Of a DNA stretch of 64,000 nucleotides, positions 36,440 to 49,924 are shown piece by piece. The stretch is from Chrysemys picta bellii (taxonomy: Eukaryota). Position 1 is the stretch's first letter. Every line of letters starts with the position of its first letter. A model generated the notes under the pieces. The model did no database searches. It saw only the letters and a list, made by a program, of their open reading frames with translations, and was not told the origin of the DNA. The stretch is taken from NCBI RefSeq assembly GCF_011386835.1, contig NC_088800.1, positions 86,552,001 to 86,616,000 of the forward strand. The letters run 5' to 3'. The position numbers were made by a program, and so were the translations under genes.

Positions 36440-36980
36440 AAACTGCAGCAAGGGCAGTTTAGGTTGGACATTAGGAACAACTTCCTATCAGGGGGGTTAA
36501 GCACTGGAATAAATTGCCCAGGGAGGTTGTGGAATCTCCATCACTGGAGATTTTTAAGAGCAGGTTAGACAAACACCTGTCAGGGATGGTCTAGATAATA
36601 CTTAGGGCTGGTCTACACTGGGGGGTGTGTGTGTGTGATCGATCCAAGATACGCAACTTCAGCTACGTGAATAGCGTAGCTGAAGTCGAAGTATCTTGGA
36701 TCGAATTACCTGGGGTCCAGACGGCGCGGGATCGACGGCCGCGGCTCCCCTGTCAACTGCGCTACCGCCACTCGCTCTGGTGGAGTTCCGGAGTCGACGG
36801 TGAGTGCGTTTGGGGATCGATATATCGCGTCTTAACAAGACGCGATATATCGATCCCGGATAAATCGATTGCTACCCGCCGATACGGCAGGTAGTGAAGA
36901 CATACCCTTAGTCCTGCCATGAGTGCCAGGGGCTGGACTAGATGACCTCTCAAGGTCCCTTCCAGTCCTACAATTCTATC
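36440..36980 (+). mobile_element. CR1 LINE 3' end interrupted by a MITE
   Basis: aaactgcagcaagggcagtttaggttggacattagg...gatggtctag [MITE] gtcctgcc...ggtcccttccagtcctacaattctat. Confidence 0.85.
36605..36907 (+). mobile_element. PIF/Harbinger-type MITE nested in CR1
   Basis: TIRs GGGCTGGTCTACACT / AGTGAAGACATACCC; 3-bp TTA TSD (36602-36604, 36908-36910); CpGs retained. Confidence 0.85.
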
Positions 36981-38607
36981 ATAATTCTGCTGTGCTTTGC
37001 TTCAATCAGTCATTGAAAACTACCACATTAGTAGTTCACAGATGTCCAGAATAATCCACATACCCTTTAGAAATCGTAATGGGTATCAAAGCATCTCATG
37101 GTTACATGCAGTGTTGTAGCCTTGTCAGTCCCAGTATACGAGACACAAGGTGGATGAGGTAATCTCTCAAGGTGGATGAGCTCTGACCAACAGAAGTTGG
37201 TCCAATAAAAGATATTACTTTCCTCACCTTGTCTCTCTATGAAAGCATCTCTGGCATTTTGATACATTTTAAAATTAAGGAAATCATACAGAAAAAAAAA
37301 TTGTAACCAGCAGTTAAGGTAGGAAATAGTGAGTATGAATTACTTGGGGGGGGGGGGGGCTTAATAGTGTAGTTTTCTCACAATAACACAAGTGGGAGAA
37401 AGTCTGGGGAGTCAGAGTTACAGTTACACTTGATCAATCATTCAAATATACAATGATGCACAAATTAGGTCAACTAAATAACCTTAATACAGCCCACAGT
37501 AAAACCAAGAGGCAATCCTCTCCTCCCATAACACATGGACCAGAGCTCAAAGAGCCAGGATCTACATTGACTCTAAAAACTGAGAAGTGATCTGACTAAA
37601 TTAGCTTATTTGTGTTGATGGGCTAATTGGACTCCAACAATACAGTGGGAGCCAAACGTGTGTTGTCATATTATGACACTTATCACAGACACCTGCCTAA
37701 CATATCTGGGGCTATGGACCTCAAGGTCTAGAACCAAAGTTAAGTAGTTTACAGGGAAGTAAGAGGACATGGAATCATATCTATCTATCTGCCATATATG
37801 TACAAATCTGAAGCCACGCACTCCAGTTCCTTGACTCCACAGGCAAATATACATAAAGCATATTTAAGATTTACTAAAGAGCTCATCAAAATGTCTCTCT
37901 TACAAGTAACATGTATAGTTAGTACAGTACTAAGAACACAGAAAATATATTTTTTTACAGTGTATTAGTTTTATTCATACATTTCTCTAAAGCTGAATGA
38001 TCCTTTACCTCATTACCCTCATCTGTTAATTGAGCATTTAGCCAGTAAACATCTGTAAATATGGTACAGTATTCTTACAGTTACAGGCACGTGTACCTTT
38101 GAGGAACAGTGTGGGGCAATTTCCCCCATTTTCAACCATGTCAAATACCAGTTTTAGAATGATACAGTATTTCCTGGATAATTGTATGAGCACTTTTTTG
38201 AGCACCAAATGATGTCTTTTTAGATGTTCTTTGGGCAGAAGATTTTTGTAGGCCCTTAAATGAAGTTTCCTGCTTTCTAATAATTGGATATTTTATTCCT
38301 CTTTCAGCGTAAAAATATCCTGGAATCATCAGCCTTTCCTGTACATGTGTTTTCTGAAAAATTAGCAAGACTCTCTTACTTAATTACTGATCATTATTAA
38401 CAACAACTTCAGCTTAGAGGAATTTTTATATTTGCTTGAGAATCGAAGATCAATTTACAGGAAGTACAGTTTTAACAGTCAGGGCCATCAACCTGGATAC
38501 CATCCATATCTATACCATGCGGTCTGTGATTCAGGGCCAAACCATGCTCCCCTTTAAGTCAATGGGTCTGCCCAGGTGAGTGAGGCAAGTGGGATTGGTC
38601 CATACAC

Positions 38608-38855
38608 CATAAGGTTATAAGAACAGCCAGGCTGGGTCGGACCAATGATCCATCTAGCCCAGTATCCTGTCTTCTGACAGTGGCCAGTGCCAGGTGCCCC
38701 AGAGGGAATGAACAGAACAGGGCATCATCAAGTGATCCATCCCATCGCCCATTCCCAGCTTCTAGCAAACAGAGTCTAGGGGGGACACCATCCCTGCCCA
38801 GCCTGGCTAACAGCCATTGATGGACCTATCCTCCATGAACTTATCTAGTTCTCCT
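38608..38855 (-). mobile_element. CR1 (second family) 3' UTR fragment
   Basis: catctagcccagtatcctgtcttctgacagtggcc...gccattgatggacctatcctccatgaacttatctagttc; matches the 3' UTR of the 51.8-53.8 kb element. Confidence 0.75.
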
Positions 38856-38974
38856 GGGGATGGGGGGCAGCATCCGCCCCTATGGGCACACAACCGGATC
38901 AGAAAGCCTGGACGGGGCGTTATCGCTCATGGGCCCCGCCACAGAAACCACCGCAGCCAGAGCAGCGCCGGCAC

Positions 38975-39025
38975 CTTTTCCTTCTCTTGCCAGGTAAGCG
39001 CCTTTCCCACGGGGGGGTCGTCCAT
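38975..39025 (-). CDS. PALB2: PALB2 exon 1; full CDS 4008 nt, 1335 aa
   Basis: MDDPPVGKALTWQEKEK; Kozak GCCATGG; donor AAG|GTGCCG. Confidence 0.9.
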
Positions 39026-39625
39026 GGCGCGCATCTCCGGCCCCTCCCGGACCCGGCTGCAGGCAAGGGCGGGGGGGGGGGCGCCAAGCGCCCCAGGCCG
39101 GGCGCGCTGTTCTGGGCAGGAGCCGGGGCTGCCCAGGGACGTTCACGGGCCGGGTGCTCGCTGCGCTGGCGGGAGCGAAGGGCTCCTCGTAGCGACCGCG
39201 GCCAGCGGGCCCCCTCCGCCCGCCCGCTTCCCTGCCCGGGCACGTCCCGAGGGGCCCCGAGTGCGGGGAGCAAACGGGCCTCAGACGCCGGACCGGGCCT
39301 GGCTCCGCTCGCTCCCGGCCCCCGCCAAGCGCCTCAGCCCCCCATCCCCGGCTGCGCTACGACAGGCCGGGGCCGGAGCGCGCGCCAGTGGGGAGTGACG
39401 ACAGCAGGCGGCCGAGCTCGGGTTGGTCGGCGTGGAAGGCGCGGCGCCGATTCTGAGGAGAGATTGGCCAGTCCGTTGTGGGCGGATGTGACGCCGCGGC
39501 AAGCTGGGCGAAGATTGGCTGTGTTTGCGAGGAGGCCGGAAGCGGCGGTACGGAGGCCGAGCGGGGATTGGCTGGGAGGAGGCGGAAGCGGAAGCGGCGG
39601 CGGGGAGGCCGGAAGCGGCGGCGCG
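39026..39625. promoter_or_regulatory. PALB2/DCTN5 bidirectional CpG-island promoter
   Basis: Divergent ATGs 600 bp apart; ATTGG (reverse CCAAT) at 39463, 39514, 39567; CCGGAAG/CGGAAG ETS-type sites at 39536, 39583-39594, 39609. Confidence 0.88.
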
Positions 39626-39673
39626 ATGGAGCTGAGCGAGATGCTGTATAACAAGTCCGAGTACATCGAGACG
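39626..39673 (+). CDS. DCTN5: DCTN5 exon 1; full protein is dynactin subunit 5 (p25), 182 aa
   Basis: MELSEMLYNKSEYIET; donor ACG|GTGCGG; six exons total 549 nt. Confidence 0.96.
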
Positions 39674-40029
39674 GTGCGGGGCTTAGCGCTGCCCGGGCGG
39701 GGGGAGCCGGGGGAGCGCCGGGACCCTGCCGGGCGGGGGGTAGGGAGGGGCCGGCTCTGCCCCTGCGCCCCAGCCGGGGGCGGGTGTCATCCAGCGGCGC
39801 GCTCAGGGCGGCGCGGCCGGGGCAGCCCCTGGCCGTTTGGCAGCAGGTGCTGGGGGCTACACCGTACGGTGACAGCGCCCGGGGGGGTCCGGCCTGTGGT
39901 CCCCGTAGCCCGGCTCTGACAGCGGCAGATAATGAACAGGCCAGTTATCAAGTGCCCCGTCCCTTGTCCTACACCCCAGCTTCCGGCAGCCAGAGGGTTA
40001 GGGACACCCAGGGCACGGGGTTGCGTCCC

Positions 40030-40960
40030 TGACCATCTTGGCTAATAGCCATTGATGGACCTATTTTTTTAACCTACTTATACTTTTGGCCTCCACAACA
40101 TCCCCTGGTAACAAGTCCACAGGTTGACTGTGCGTTGTGTGAAGAAGTACTTCTTTTGGTTTGCCTTTTAATTTCAGCTAGCAACCCCTTATGGGAAGGG
40201 GTAAATAACACTTGCCTAGTCACTTTCTCAACAGCTCTAGCATAGCCTTCCTTAGTTCTCTCTTTTGAAGCTGAACAGTCCTACTCATTTTAATCTCTCC
40301 TTGTATGGAACCTGTATCCCCTCGTAATTTCTGTTGTCCTTTTCTGTACCTTTTCCAATTTTTATATACACACTTTCTTTCTCTATCTGCGATGGGGCGA
40401 CCAGGACTGCATGCAGTACTCAAGGTGTGAGCATACCATTGATTAATATAGGGGCATTATGATATTTTCTGTTTTATTAGTTGTCCCTTTTCTAATGATT
40501 CCTAACATTGTGTTCACTTTTTTGACTGCCGCTACACGTTGAACGAATGTTTACAGAGAACTATCCATGATGACTCCCAAGATCTCTTTCTTGAGTGGTA
40601 ACAGCTAATTTAGAACCCATTCTTTTTTCCAATGTGCATTACTTGGCACTTATCAACATGAATTTCATCTGCCATTTGGTTGCCAAGTCACTCTTTTTTT
40701 TTTTTTTTTAAGATTCCTTTGTAACTCTTTGCAGTCAACTTTGGATTTACCTATCTTGAGTAACTTAATATCATTTCCAAATTTTGCCACCTCACTGTTC
40801 ACCCCCCTTTCCGCATCACTTATGAATATGTTGACAGCACAGGGCTCAGTATAGTTCCTTGGGCGATCCTGCTATTTGCCTATTTCCATTGTGAAAACTG
40901 ATCATTTATTCCTACCCCTTTTTCCTATCGTTTAACCAGTTACTGATCCATGAGAGAACT
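40030..40960 (-). mobile_element. CR1 (second family) degenerate ORF2 3' fragment in DCTN5 intron 1
   Basis: Antisense similarity to the 51.8-53.8 kb CR1 (gtatgctccacaccttgagtactgcatgcagtcc...; gatgaaattcatgttgataagtgccaagtaatgcacattgg). Confidence 0.75.
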
Positions 40961-41685
40961 TTCCCTCGTATTCCATGAATGCTTAGTTTGCTTCATTTCC
41001 CACAACTCCCACAGGAGACATGGCCCTGTCTTAAGGAGCATCCAGTCCAAGGTCTGGTCTTGACAGATAGGTAAGGGATGATTGCAGAGTGGACAGGAGA
41101 ATGTGGGTCCTGGTCTCTGCATCTGAACTAGGTGCACACAGGTTTTGGTGTACAAGGCATCCAGGCAACCCTTGCCTGTGAGAGCTCCCACTCCAGAAGA
41201 GCAGGCTGCACTGGGAGGCCCAAAGGAAGGAGTTATCTGAGATTTTAAAAGTCTCTTTTTCGTCTTAGTTGCATTGTTGTTTTTCCTACTTTCAGGCCTC
41301 CAAATTAGGGGGCCTTAGGAGAGAGGAGAATGACGAGGGTGATGGCCTAGCACATCTGTCACGTCTTCCTTGTATTCGTTACATTACAATATTACAGTCT
41401 TCGAGCAGAGTCCCAATGGAAGATTTACTGCCAGAAGAAGAGAGTCAATGGAGGACAGTGGACTATTCCGCTGATACGACGTTGGATCTTGCCTAAGGAC
41501 TAACGTCCAGGACTCCTGGAGGCAGCGTTAAAGCATTCTGTTTGCAAACTCTGTGTTATAAAATTCTATAATGAAGGTTCATTATAATAAAGGACCCCAC
41601 ACAATCCACAGATATAAGAAGACTTTTGTATCACAAGGATGTATTTCTGTCACTGATAGTCTCTCTGTCTCTTGGTTTCCCTCAG

Positions 41686-41754
41686 GCATCTGGCAACAAA
41701 GTCAGCAGACAGTCTGTGCTCTGCGGAAGCCAGAACATAGTTCTGAATGGAAAG
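41686..41754 (+). CDS. DCTN5: DCTN5 exon 2
   Basis: [23 protein letters not shown]; 69 nt. Confidence 0.97.
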
Positions 41755-42084
41755 GTGGGTAATACTAAGTCACGGGTGTACTTCTTGTAAAATTGACCAT
41801 TTCTGTGGTTTATAGTCAAACTCTCGTGTGATAAATTGTATAATCAACTGCTTGACCACACTTCGGTTTGTTATGAAATATACTGAAGGCCAAATAACCA
41901 ATGTCAGTCGGATTAATATGGTACAGGAATAAGGTTCTATACAATATAGTCTCTGAGAAGCCATGCCATGGTGATGTTACATTCATCTTATGCAACTGGT
42001 GTGCTCCCCAAATGATACATTGTAGCTGGTATTATTTATATGATGATTTTACAAGTTATATATATCTTTACATGTCACTAAAGT

Positions 42085-42190
42085 CTAACCCATCAGATCC
42101 ATCTCCTGGTTTTCCATCCCTGCCCATCCTGGATAATAGCTGTTGATGGGCCTATATTCCATGAACTTATCTAGTTCTTTTTTGTCCCAG
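42085..42190 (-). mobile_element. CR1 (second family) short 3' UTR fragment
   Basis: ccatccctgcccatcctggataatagctgttgatgggcctatattccatgaacttatctagttc, similar to 38790-38851. Confidence 0.6.
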
Positions 42191-42592
42191 TTCCCTAGTT
42201 TGTTGTCCTGTTCCTTCCTTATCTTTGCTTTGGATACTAGCATTCAAGGTACTGGTCCGTGAAGGTACTTCCCTAACTAGTACTAAGACATACAACAAAT
42301 GTATCTATAGATGTGTGTGGATAATAGATATTATTAATATGAAATATATTTGTTAGCCAGCATATATTAGTCAACACATGGCACATGTAGCTTCCTTGCA
42401 AATGAGCTTTATATTTCTAACCCTTTGCCTTTCACATTATTTTTCGCTCCCAGATTTAGTTCCTAGTACTGTGTTCTTCTAGTGCAGTTCTCCTGATTCA
42501 TCTCTCTCACTTATTTTATTGATCACAATTGTCATCCTCTAATATTTTTTTCTGTCAGCTGGGAGGAAGTGTTAACTAATGCTTAGAACAGG

Positions 42593-42845
42593 ATTCATAG
42601 ATTCCAAGACCAGAAGGGACCACTGTGATCATCTAGTCTGACCTCCTGCATGGCACAGGCCAGAGAACTTCCCCAAAATAATCCCTAGAGCAAAGATTTT
42701 AGAATAATATTCAATCATGATTTGAAAAATGTGGCTGATGGAGAATCCACCACGACCCTGGGTAAATTGTTCCAATAGTTCTCACCGTTAAAAATGTACA
42801 CCTTATTTCAGTCTGAATTTATCTAGCTTCAACTTCTAGCTGTTG
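42593..42845 (-). mobile_element. CR1 3' end
   Basis: attcatagattccaagaccagaagggacc...gatggagaatccaccacgaccctgggtaaattgttccaatag. Confidence 0.7.
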
Positions 42846-43266
42846 GATCAATTGCAGTATTGGGATCCAAAATCTCTGCACCGCTGTGTAGCCTTTGGGC
42901 AAGCTGCCTAACCTTTCTGTGCCTCAACCTGACTACTGGGGGAGTGGAGATAAGAACTGACCCCTTTGTATGGTGTCTTGAGGCGTCACTAATTTGGCTT
43001 GGGATGCTCTCATGAAAGGGACTTTAGCAGTGAATCTGCATTTTCTGTTCTCGTTCATGTGGTTTGCTCTGTAGGGCCACAATTCATATACTAATATGTG
43101 CTAGTGACAAAAGTTGGTGATCCTTGGGCCCAACTGAGCCCTGCTGTAAATATAATTTCATTGAAGTTACGCTAGTGATCCGTGTGGCCCTACATAGTAT
43201 AATAAAGCTTATTGAAAACATTGGCAGAACTTGAACTCGTTTGGCTCTCTTTCTCTTGTTACCTAG

Positions 43267-43386
<120 letters not shown>

Positions 43387-45635
43387 TAGGAGTTTCTATT
43401 TCTTCTGTGCTATGCTGTGAGGCTTGTTAAACTGAAAGGTGAACTTAGAAGCTTTGGATTTGCTAAGAGTTGAACTCAGGGGACTGTTTCTGTTGCTACA
43501 GTTTTGCATAAATCCTCCTAAATCCAGCATTTTCTCCTATTCCCTGCTCTGCTTTGTGGGTCAGTATCCTATCAAATTGCAGCATGGAAGTCACTAGACT
43601 GAACTCAGAGACGTAAGTGAAGGAGAGGCTGACCTATTTATTTTAAATGTACATATTTGCAATCTTTAAGTCTAAATATATTTTGCTAGTGGTTAGGATT
43701 CTTAAACAATTCTGTTTAAACTCTTCAGTTCACCTTTTAAAAATACTTGCGCAATGGGAAATACTTACTCCTTTTCTAAGTCCTGAATGCAGCCTGGGAC
43801 TAGCACATACTCTTCCAATGCACCTCAGCCAGATCTAACTATATTACTACCATATTTTAATAATGTCTATAAAGGGAGAGTCTTGCATTGTACAATAGAT
43901 GTCTCTGGTACTGGAGATAACTGGGCTGGAATATTATTATTTGTAGGGTCTGTTTATTTGTCCCTTGGTGTCTGTGGTTATTTAACATGCATGGAAAAAC
44001 ATCCCCAAACTAATCCATCAGGCTACTATACTTCCTTCTTTCAAGACCAGCCTCTGCCCTGGATGCAGTCTGTAAGAAATATCTGTAAGATGCCTATAGG
44101 AAATCAGCCAGTTAACGGTGGCTAGGTTGTAGAGCAGTTGAGGATACCAAGTGGTTGCTTATTTGTAACAGAAGACGTGTATGTTCGTATGTTACTTGTC
44201 ATGTGTGGCCCAATCCTGCACTGAGAGGTGGACCAGGGATCCCTGCACTCACCTGAAGCCCCACTGGAGTCAGCTGGGCCCATCTGACTGCAGTATTGCT
44301 CGGTCCAGGGCTTTAGATACTATATTCCAGCCATAGTCTCCAAGGGTTGAGGAATTTCTAATATAAACTACATGCCTGAAATTAATTTAACTTTAAAATA
44401 CCCTGTCAGACTTACTTTCTGCATCAAAAGAAGCAAAATGGCACAACCCTTTTTTTCCCCTTTGCAGTTTACCTCTGATGACCCACTAGTATCTAATATC
44501 TTGGCTGAAGCATTGGCACAAGAAATCCCTTATAGATTCCCATGTCTAAATGCACACTCAACCCACTGGCCTTTATTTAAATCTGATCTGAACCTCGAGC
44601 TGTCCTTTGGGACCATGTATCGGCTATAGATATTTTGCATTAACCTTCATACCCAGTCGTGGGCTATTATGGCCTTATCAATGTTTATCAGTAGATGGCC
44701 CTAAAAGGATTAAAATCACTTAATCGTTCTGAGCTTTCAGACTTCACTGCTTTATTCTTCTCATTCCTGCTTCCCATTGGGGACCCTAATTCAAAATGCT
44801 TTAACAGGCAGCTGGCCTAAAGCTCCTAAACAGCATGTTAAGCCCAGAAAATGTCAGACTTCGTGTGTTCAGTGTCCTAGCTGACTGCTTGGAATTGAAG
44901 AGTTAAAATTCAGTATTCCAAAGAGAACAGATTTAATGTTTTTCTCTCCGGTGGAGTTTTAAATACAGACAGTTGCTTCATTATTTGAGCCCATTTGTGA
45001 CAGCCGGAGAGGTACCTCTGCCCTGAAAAGCTTATGGTCTGTTGGGGCAGAATCACAAACCAGTTAATGTTAATGCTTTATTCGGCCATAGCCAGCTGTC
45101 AACCTCTCCCTGTCCCTCAGGCACAAGAGACACGCAGGAAACAAAGCTGGAGTGAACCAGGTGGTGACAATCTCTGGCCAGCAGCTCAGATGGCATAATT
45201 TAGAGCAGCTCTTGGGCTGCTGTTTCAGGCCCCATCCAGTCCCAGGAGCAAAACGGAGGTTTATAGACACTTTTTTCCACCTTCCTTCCTCTAAGTGGAG
45301 CTTGGACAAACCCAGGGATTCAGACCTTAAATTGTTTTTAAAAACACCATCTTGGTGATATTTTCATATGACCACAGAATCTTCTACTGTGACTGTTACA
45401 AGGTGCCTGGTTTGCGAACAGTTGCAGGAGACAATTTAATTCATGAGCAAATGAATGAATACAGTCCCTGGCTGTGCCCCTAGGGATGTCCTGCTCGAAT
45501 ATCCTCTAATACTCCAATTCTAGGGCACTTCCTGAGCAGTAAAGTGTCTGGTGCACTAGTAACACAGACCCATTAAAGAGCTGCTAGAGTTAGAAGGCAG
45601 CAATACTTGAACTTCTCCAAGTTTGTAACAAGCGA

Positions 45636-45776
45636 GCTGGAAGGATGGTCCAGTGGTTAGGGCCCTAGCCTAGTACTTGACACCCAGGTTCAATTCCTTG
45701 ATACGCCATAGGCTTCCTGTGTGACCTCCGGCAAGCCACACAGGCTCTCTGTGCCTCAGTTCCCCATCTGTGCAAT
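45636..45776 (+). mobile_element. tRNA-derived CORE-type SINE
   Basis: A box TGGTCCAGTGG, B box GGTTCAATTCC (45687-45697), CORE-like gtgacctccggcaag...ctctgtgcctcagttccccatctg. Confidence 0.7.
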
Positions 45777-46121
45777 TAGATACTGTGGAGACGAGGGCCA
45801 GATGAGCACCTCAGGCAGAATGTCCATGAAGTCTTGGCTGGCAGGACCTACTTATATCCCTGCAGGCTGGTTTGGCTTCTCCTTGTGTCCCCTTCCCCCT
45901 CTCTCCCTGCACTAACTCCTATTGCAAAAAGTTATTGGCTATCAGCTGGCCTGGTTTGAAAAGTTGCTTGATCATCCTGAGGAATTAATATGAAATGCAC
46001 CATTACTGGCCACATCTGTCTTGGCTCCAGGCCCTGCCTTTGGCAAGCTGGTGAGGGTGGGGACACTTACATGATTTTGGGTTTAATGCTATTGTGGATT
46101 CACCAGTGCTGCAGAGCCTGA

Positions 46122-46307
<186 letters not shown>

Positions 46308-48287
46308 TAAGAACTTGCACGTCCTTTTGCTGGCTCAGAGCGTCAGGGAAATTCCCATCCTTGGGTTAAGAGAGATGGACTAACTTTGGATTGGACCAGA
46401 GGTTCCCATACCCTGGAACAGATGCTAGCCAGGGGTGGTCTGTATTGCCTTGGATGGTTCCCACTTTGATTGCTCTCCTCATGTCACACCCCCTCCCTCA
46501 GCTTGGAGCGTGAAAACTCTTTGGGGGCAGAGACTGTGCTCTTTTGTATTGAGACTGCTTCTAAAGTGAAGGTGCTGCCAAATCCGTAACTGGTCCCGGT
46601 CCCTCAGGCTTCTGGGCCAAATATAAAGGTGGAGTCTGCTGGATCCCACTCAGGTGTGTATGCGCTCTGCTCTGTGATGGAGCTGGAGATTGGGCTTTGG
46701 CGAAGGGCAGAACACACCCAGCCGACTGGGAAACAGCAGGTGCTAGCGGGGTTCTGAAACTGGCCCAGTTAGGTCTGGGAGGCCTTGAATAACAGGCCTA
46801 AGGCAAGTGTGGGGTTTGCCTGACCACGCCCAAGGGGGTCACTGGTGTAATGGATTATGCGGTTAGGGACACTGCCTTGTTTTAGTTGAGAACAACCTCT
46901 GAATTCTACATTTATACCCACTGATAATGCTAGGTCCTGCAGCCTCCTCAGCCGCTTCAGAGGAAGAAAGGCAGCCAGCTGCTAGGAGTTCCGATTAACA
47001 CGAGGTCTTTCTCATCACAGACATCAAACGCCGCAAAGCCACATTGCCTTCTGCTCCATACGAAATGTGGGGCTGGGGGAGGTGCCAGCATGTACTGCCT
47101 GGAAGTGATCAAAGCTAGCTGGGAAGGCAGGAATGAGCCAGTGGCACAAAGAGGGAAGAATGCAATAATGGCTTGATGTTGACAGCCGGCAAAAATGGGG
47201 GTGGGTGTAATTAAATGAGGTGAAAGGCCCTTTCTGAGGCCTGTAACCTTATTACCTGAGACACCTTCAGTTTCTTCTCTCCAAGAGTAGCTGGTGGAGG
47301 CAGGAGAGGCCCCAAGGGCTCCTTTTTCAGAGCCCGTGTCCAGGGGTATCTCTCTCCCTCCCACAAGGCAAACCAGGCTGGAAGACATTAGAAAAGCCTC
47401 ATGAAGGAACTTACATACAATGGCATTGTGAGGCCTCTATAGCTCCTATCTGCCTATAATGAATGGCCAACAAATGACTCCCATTAGAAATGGCTTTCTG
47501 TATCAGTTGGCAGTTTATCATCAAGATTAATGTGTAGTTTGCTGTATCATCATTCAGCTAAATGAACGTATGGAGCATTAATTGCTAATGGTTTCAGACA
47601 GGCTGCCAAGCGTCTTTGAACAGGGTGACTCTTTCAAAAAGGTTAATGTCCTGAGTTGCATTAAATATTGCAGCAATTTCAGTCTAATCGCTGTTACCTG
47701 TTTCAAAGACACGCTTGTTCTTTTCAAGCATTGTGTTTACACAAAGCTAGACAAGTGGACGGTCCTATTAATTGCTATTTGTTTCTGGGCTTTGTCTGCC
47801 TCTTTAAGCCAAATAAAAGCAGTTGGGTTATTGGCATGCGTTAGGAATTGCTGATGTCAGGGTATCCAGAGGAGAGAGTGCTTTTCAGAGGTACAAGTGG
47901 AGCTCAGCACAGGTATAGATAATGCCATACAGTCAAGGTTATTGACTACTGCAATGGGGAATATTTTACCCGGTTACTACATGGTTAGGACTACCAATTC
48001 CGACTTGAATATCTACTTACCAGAAGTGACTTGTTTTAATATGCAAATCCCTACTGTGCATTTATGAGGAACACACAGATTTTTCCACACAGAAGACAAT
48101 CTCTGCTAGTATGTGTTGATCTGTAAAACATTAAAGTTTGCAATGTATGTTAATGCACAAAAAGTTATTGTTGGCCAAAGTTACATAAAACATTTTTATA
48201 CCTGCTCGGAGTGTATGGAAGCAAAGAGAGAGACTAGTAACTGTAGTGAGTGCACTAATGATTTCTAGACAGCCAGCATGGCACTAA

Positions 48288-48558
48288 GGGCTTATCTATA
48301 CTAGAACATTTTTGCTGCTTTAATTATGCTGATATAATTTAAAGGGCATTTGCTGTTTTGTGTGGATGGAGTATAAGGGCAACATATCAGGATAGCTGAT
48401 TTTGCTTCCCAAAGCAGAAATAAGCTATACCAGTATAAGGTAGCTTTATCCAGTATAACTGCATCCATACTAGGGCTATACCAGGACAACTACTGGTAAA
48501 AAATCACACCCCTAACCAACATAGTTATGCTGGTGTAACTTCTAGTATAGACCAGGCC
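48288..48558 (+). mobile_element. PIF/Harbinger-type MITE
   Basis: TIRs GGGCTTATCTATACTAG / CTAGTATAGACCAGGCC; TAA TSD at 48285-48287 and 48559-48561. Confidence 0.75.
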
Positions 48559-48767
48559 TAATAGTGAAATCAGCAATCCGAGCTGAGAGGAGGAGAACCC
48601 TGGGCTGCAGGCAGACATCTTGCTTCTTACAAACAGCCCTTGCAACGGCTTTGACTAATCAAGAGCAGTCAGACTCACTTCTGAATATTCGAGACATGAG
48701 TAGGAATAAGACAAAGTGTGTTGTTCTTGTTGTTATACAATCAAACGGAATCCGGTCTTTGTTTTAG

Positions 48768-48899
<132 letters not shown>

Positions 48900-49762
48900 T
48901 AAATTCAGCTAACTTATATCCTGATATTTAAAATAAATACAACACATTGATGTGGAGAAGGCCAGGTAGGCTCCTTGATTGCACTGTCTTATAGTAAGAG
49001 AGGGGAGGGAAGTGCTCAGCTAAATGAAAAGTAACAATTCTAACCAGTGGAACTCACTGTCTCAGGATATTATTGGGACAGGAGCTTAGTGTGAGTAAGC
49101 ATAGCATCTGCACATTCAGTAGCAAGGCTAATACAGCTAGGGCCTGTCAGTCTGATTGCCAGCTTGGACCATTCTTAGTTACAGAATCACTATCCATCAG
49201 AGCTCAGAATCAGCAAGGTGGCCTATCAAGCATCCAGCATTCCACAGGCAGGTCTGCTTTGGCATCAAGAAAGAGTCTCCTCTTCTCTCCCATATGCTCT
49301 GGATTTGTAGCTGCCTCCATAAACACAGCTGGAGAGAATTCTGTTAGACCACTGTGCATGTACTACATACATGGGCAGATGCTCCAAACTAAAGCCGGTG
49401 AATGCTCCTGTTAGACTACTCCTCTGTGCGGTTACAGAGCCCACCCCAACAGCACTGCTGACCAGACCGGAGGTGTAAATGTTCCAGTCATTTGGAAACA
49501 GCCGTGGTGGAAAGGTCAATGTAACCTTTGTTCCCTTGGTTACTAGCCTTTCTTTAGGAAAGAGCTTTCATGACCCTTGTTTATCGAGGGTGGGTGTAAG
49601 CCATGAAGGGATCTAGCTGGAGACAGACTGCCTTACTACATCTCATGGGGAAGCCACACTATTGTGTTGATCTACATGAGAGCAGTGTCCCTACACAAGC
49701 CCATCGGTTGCTGTTTAACCTGCAGTATATAGAGCATAAATACTAGAGGAGAAGCTGAATAA

Positions 49763-49924
<162 letters not shown>

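Noticed and set aside
38817-39919. 193-aa and 345-aa plus-strand ORFs
   Set aside because: CpG-island shadows; only MELSEMLYNKSEYIET is spliced into DCTN5
38805-40064. Direct repeat ggctaa(c/t)agccattgatggacctat flanking the PALB2/DCTN5 promoter, as if the promoter had been inserted into one CR1
   Set aside because: Both are parts of common CR1 3' fragments, and the conserved promoter and exons should predate them; independent insertions are more parsimonious
45636-45700. tRNA gene (A and B boxes)
   Set aside because: No cloverleaf, and it continues into a CORE domain; this is a SINE head
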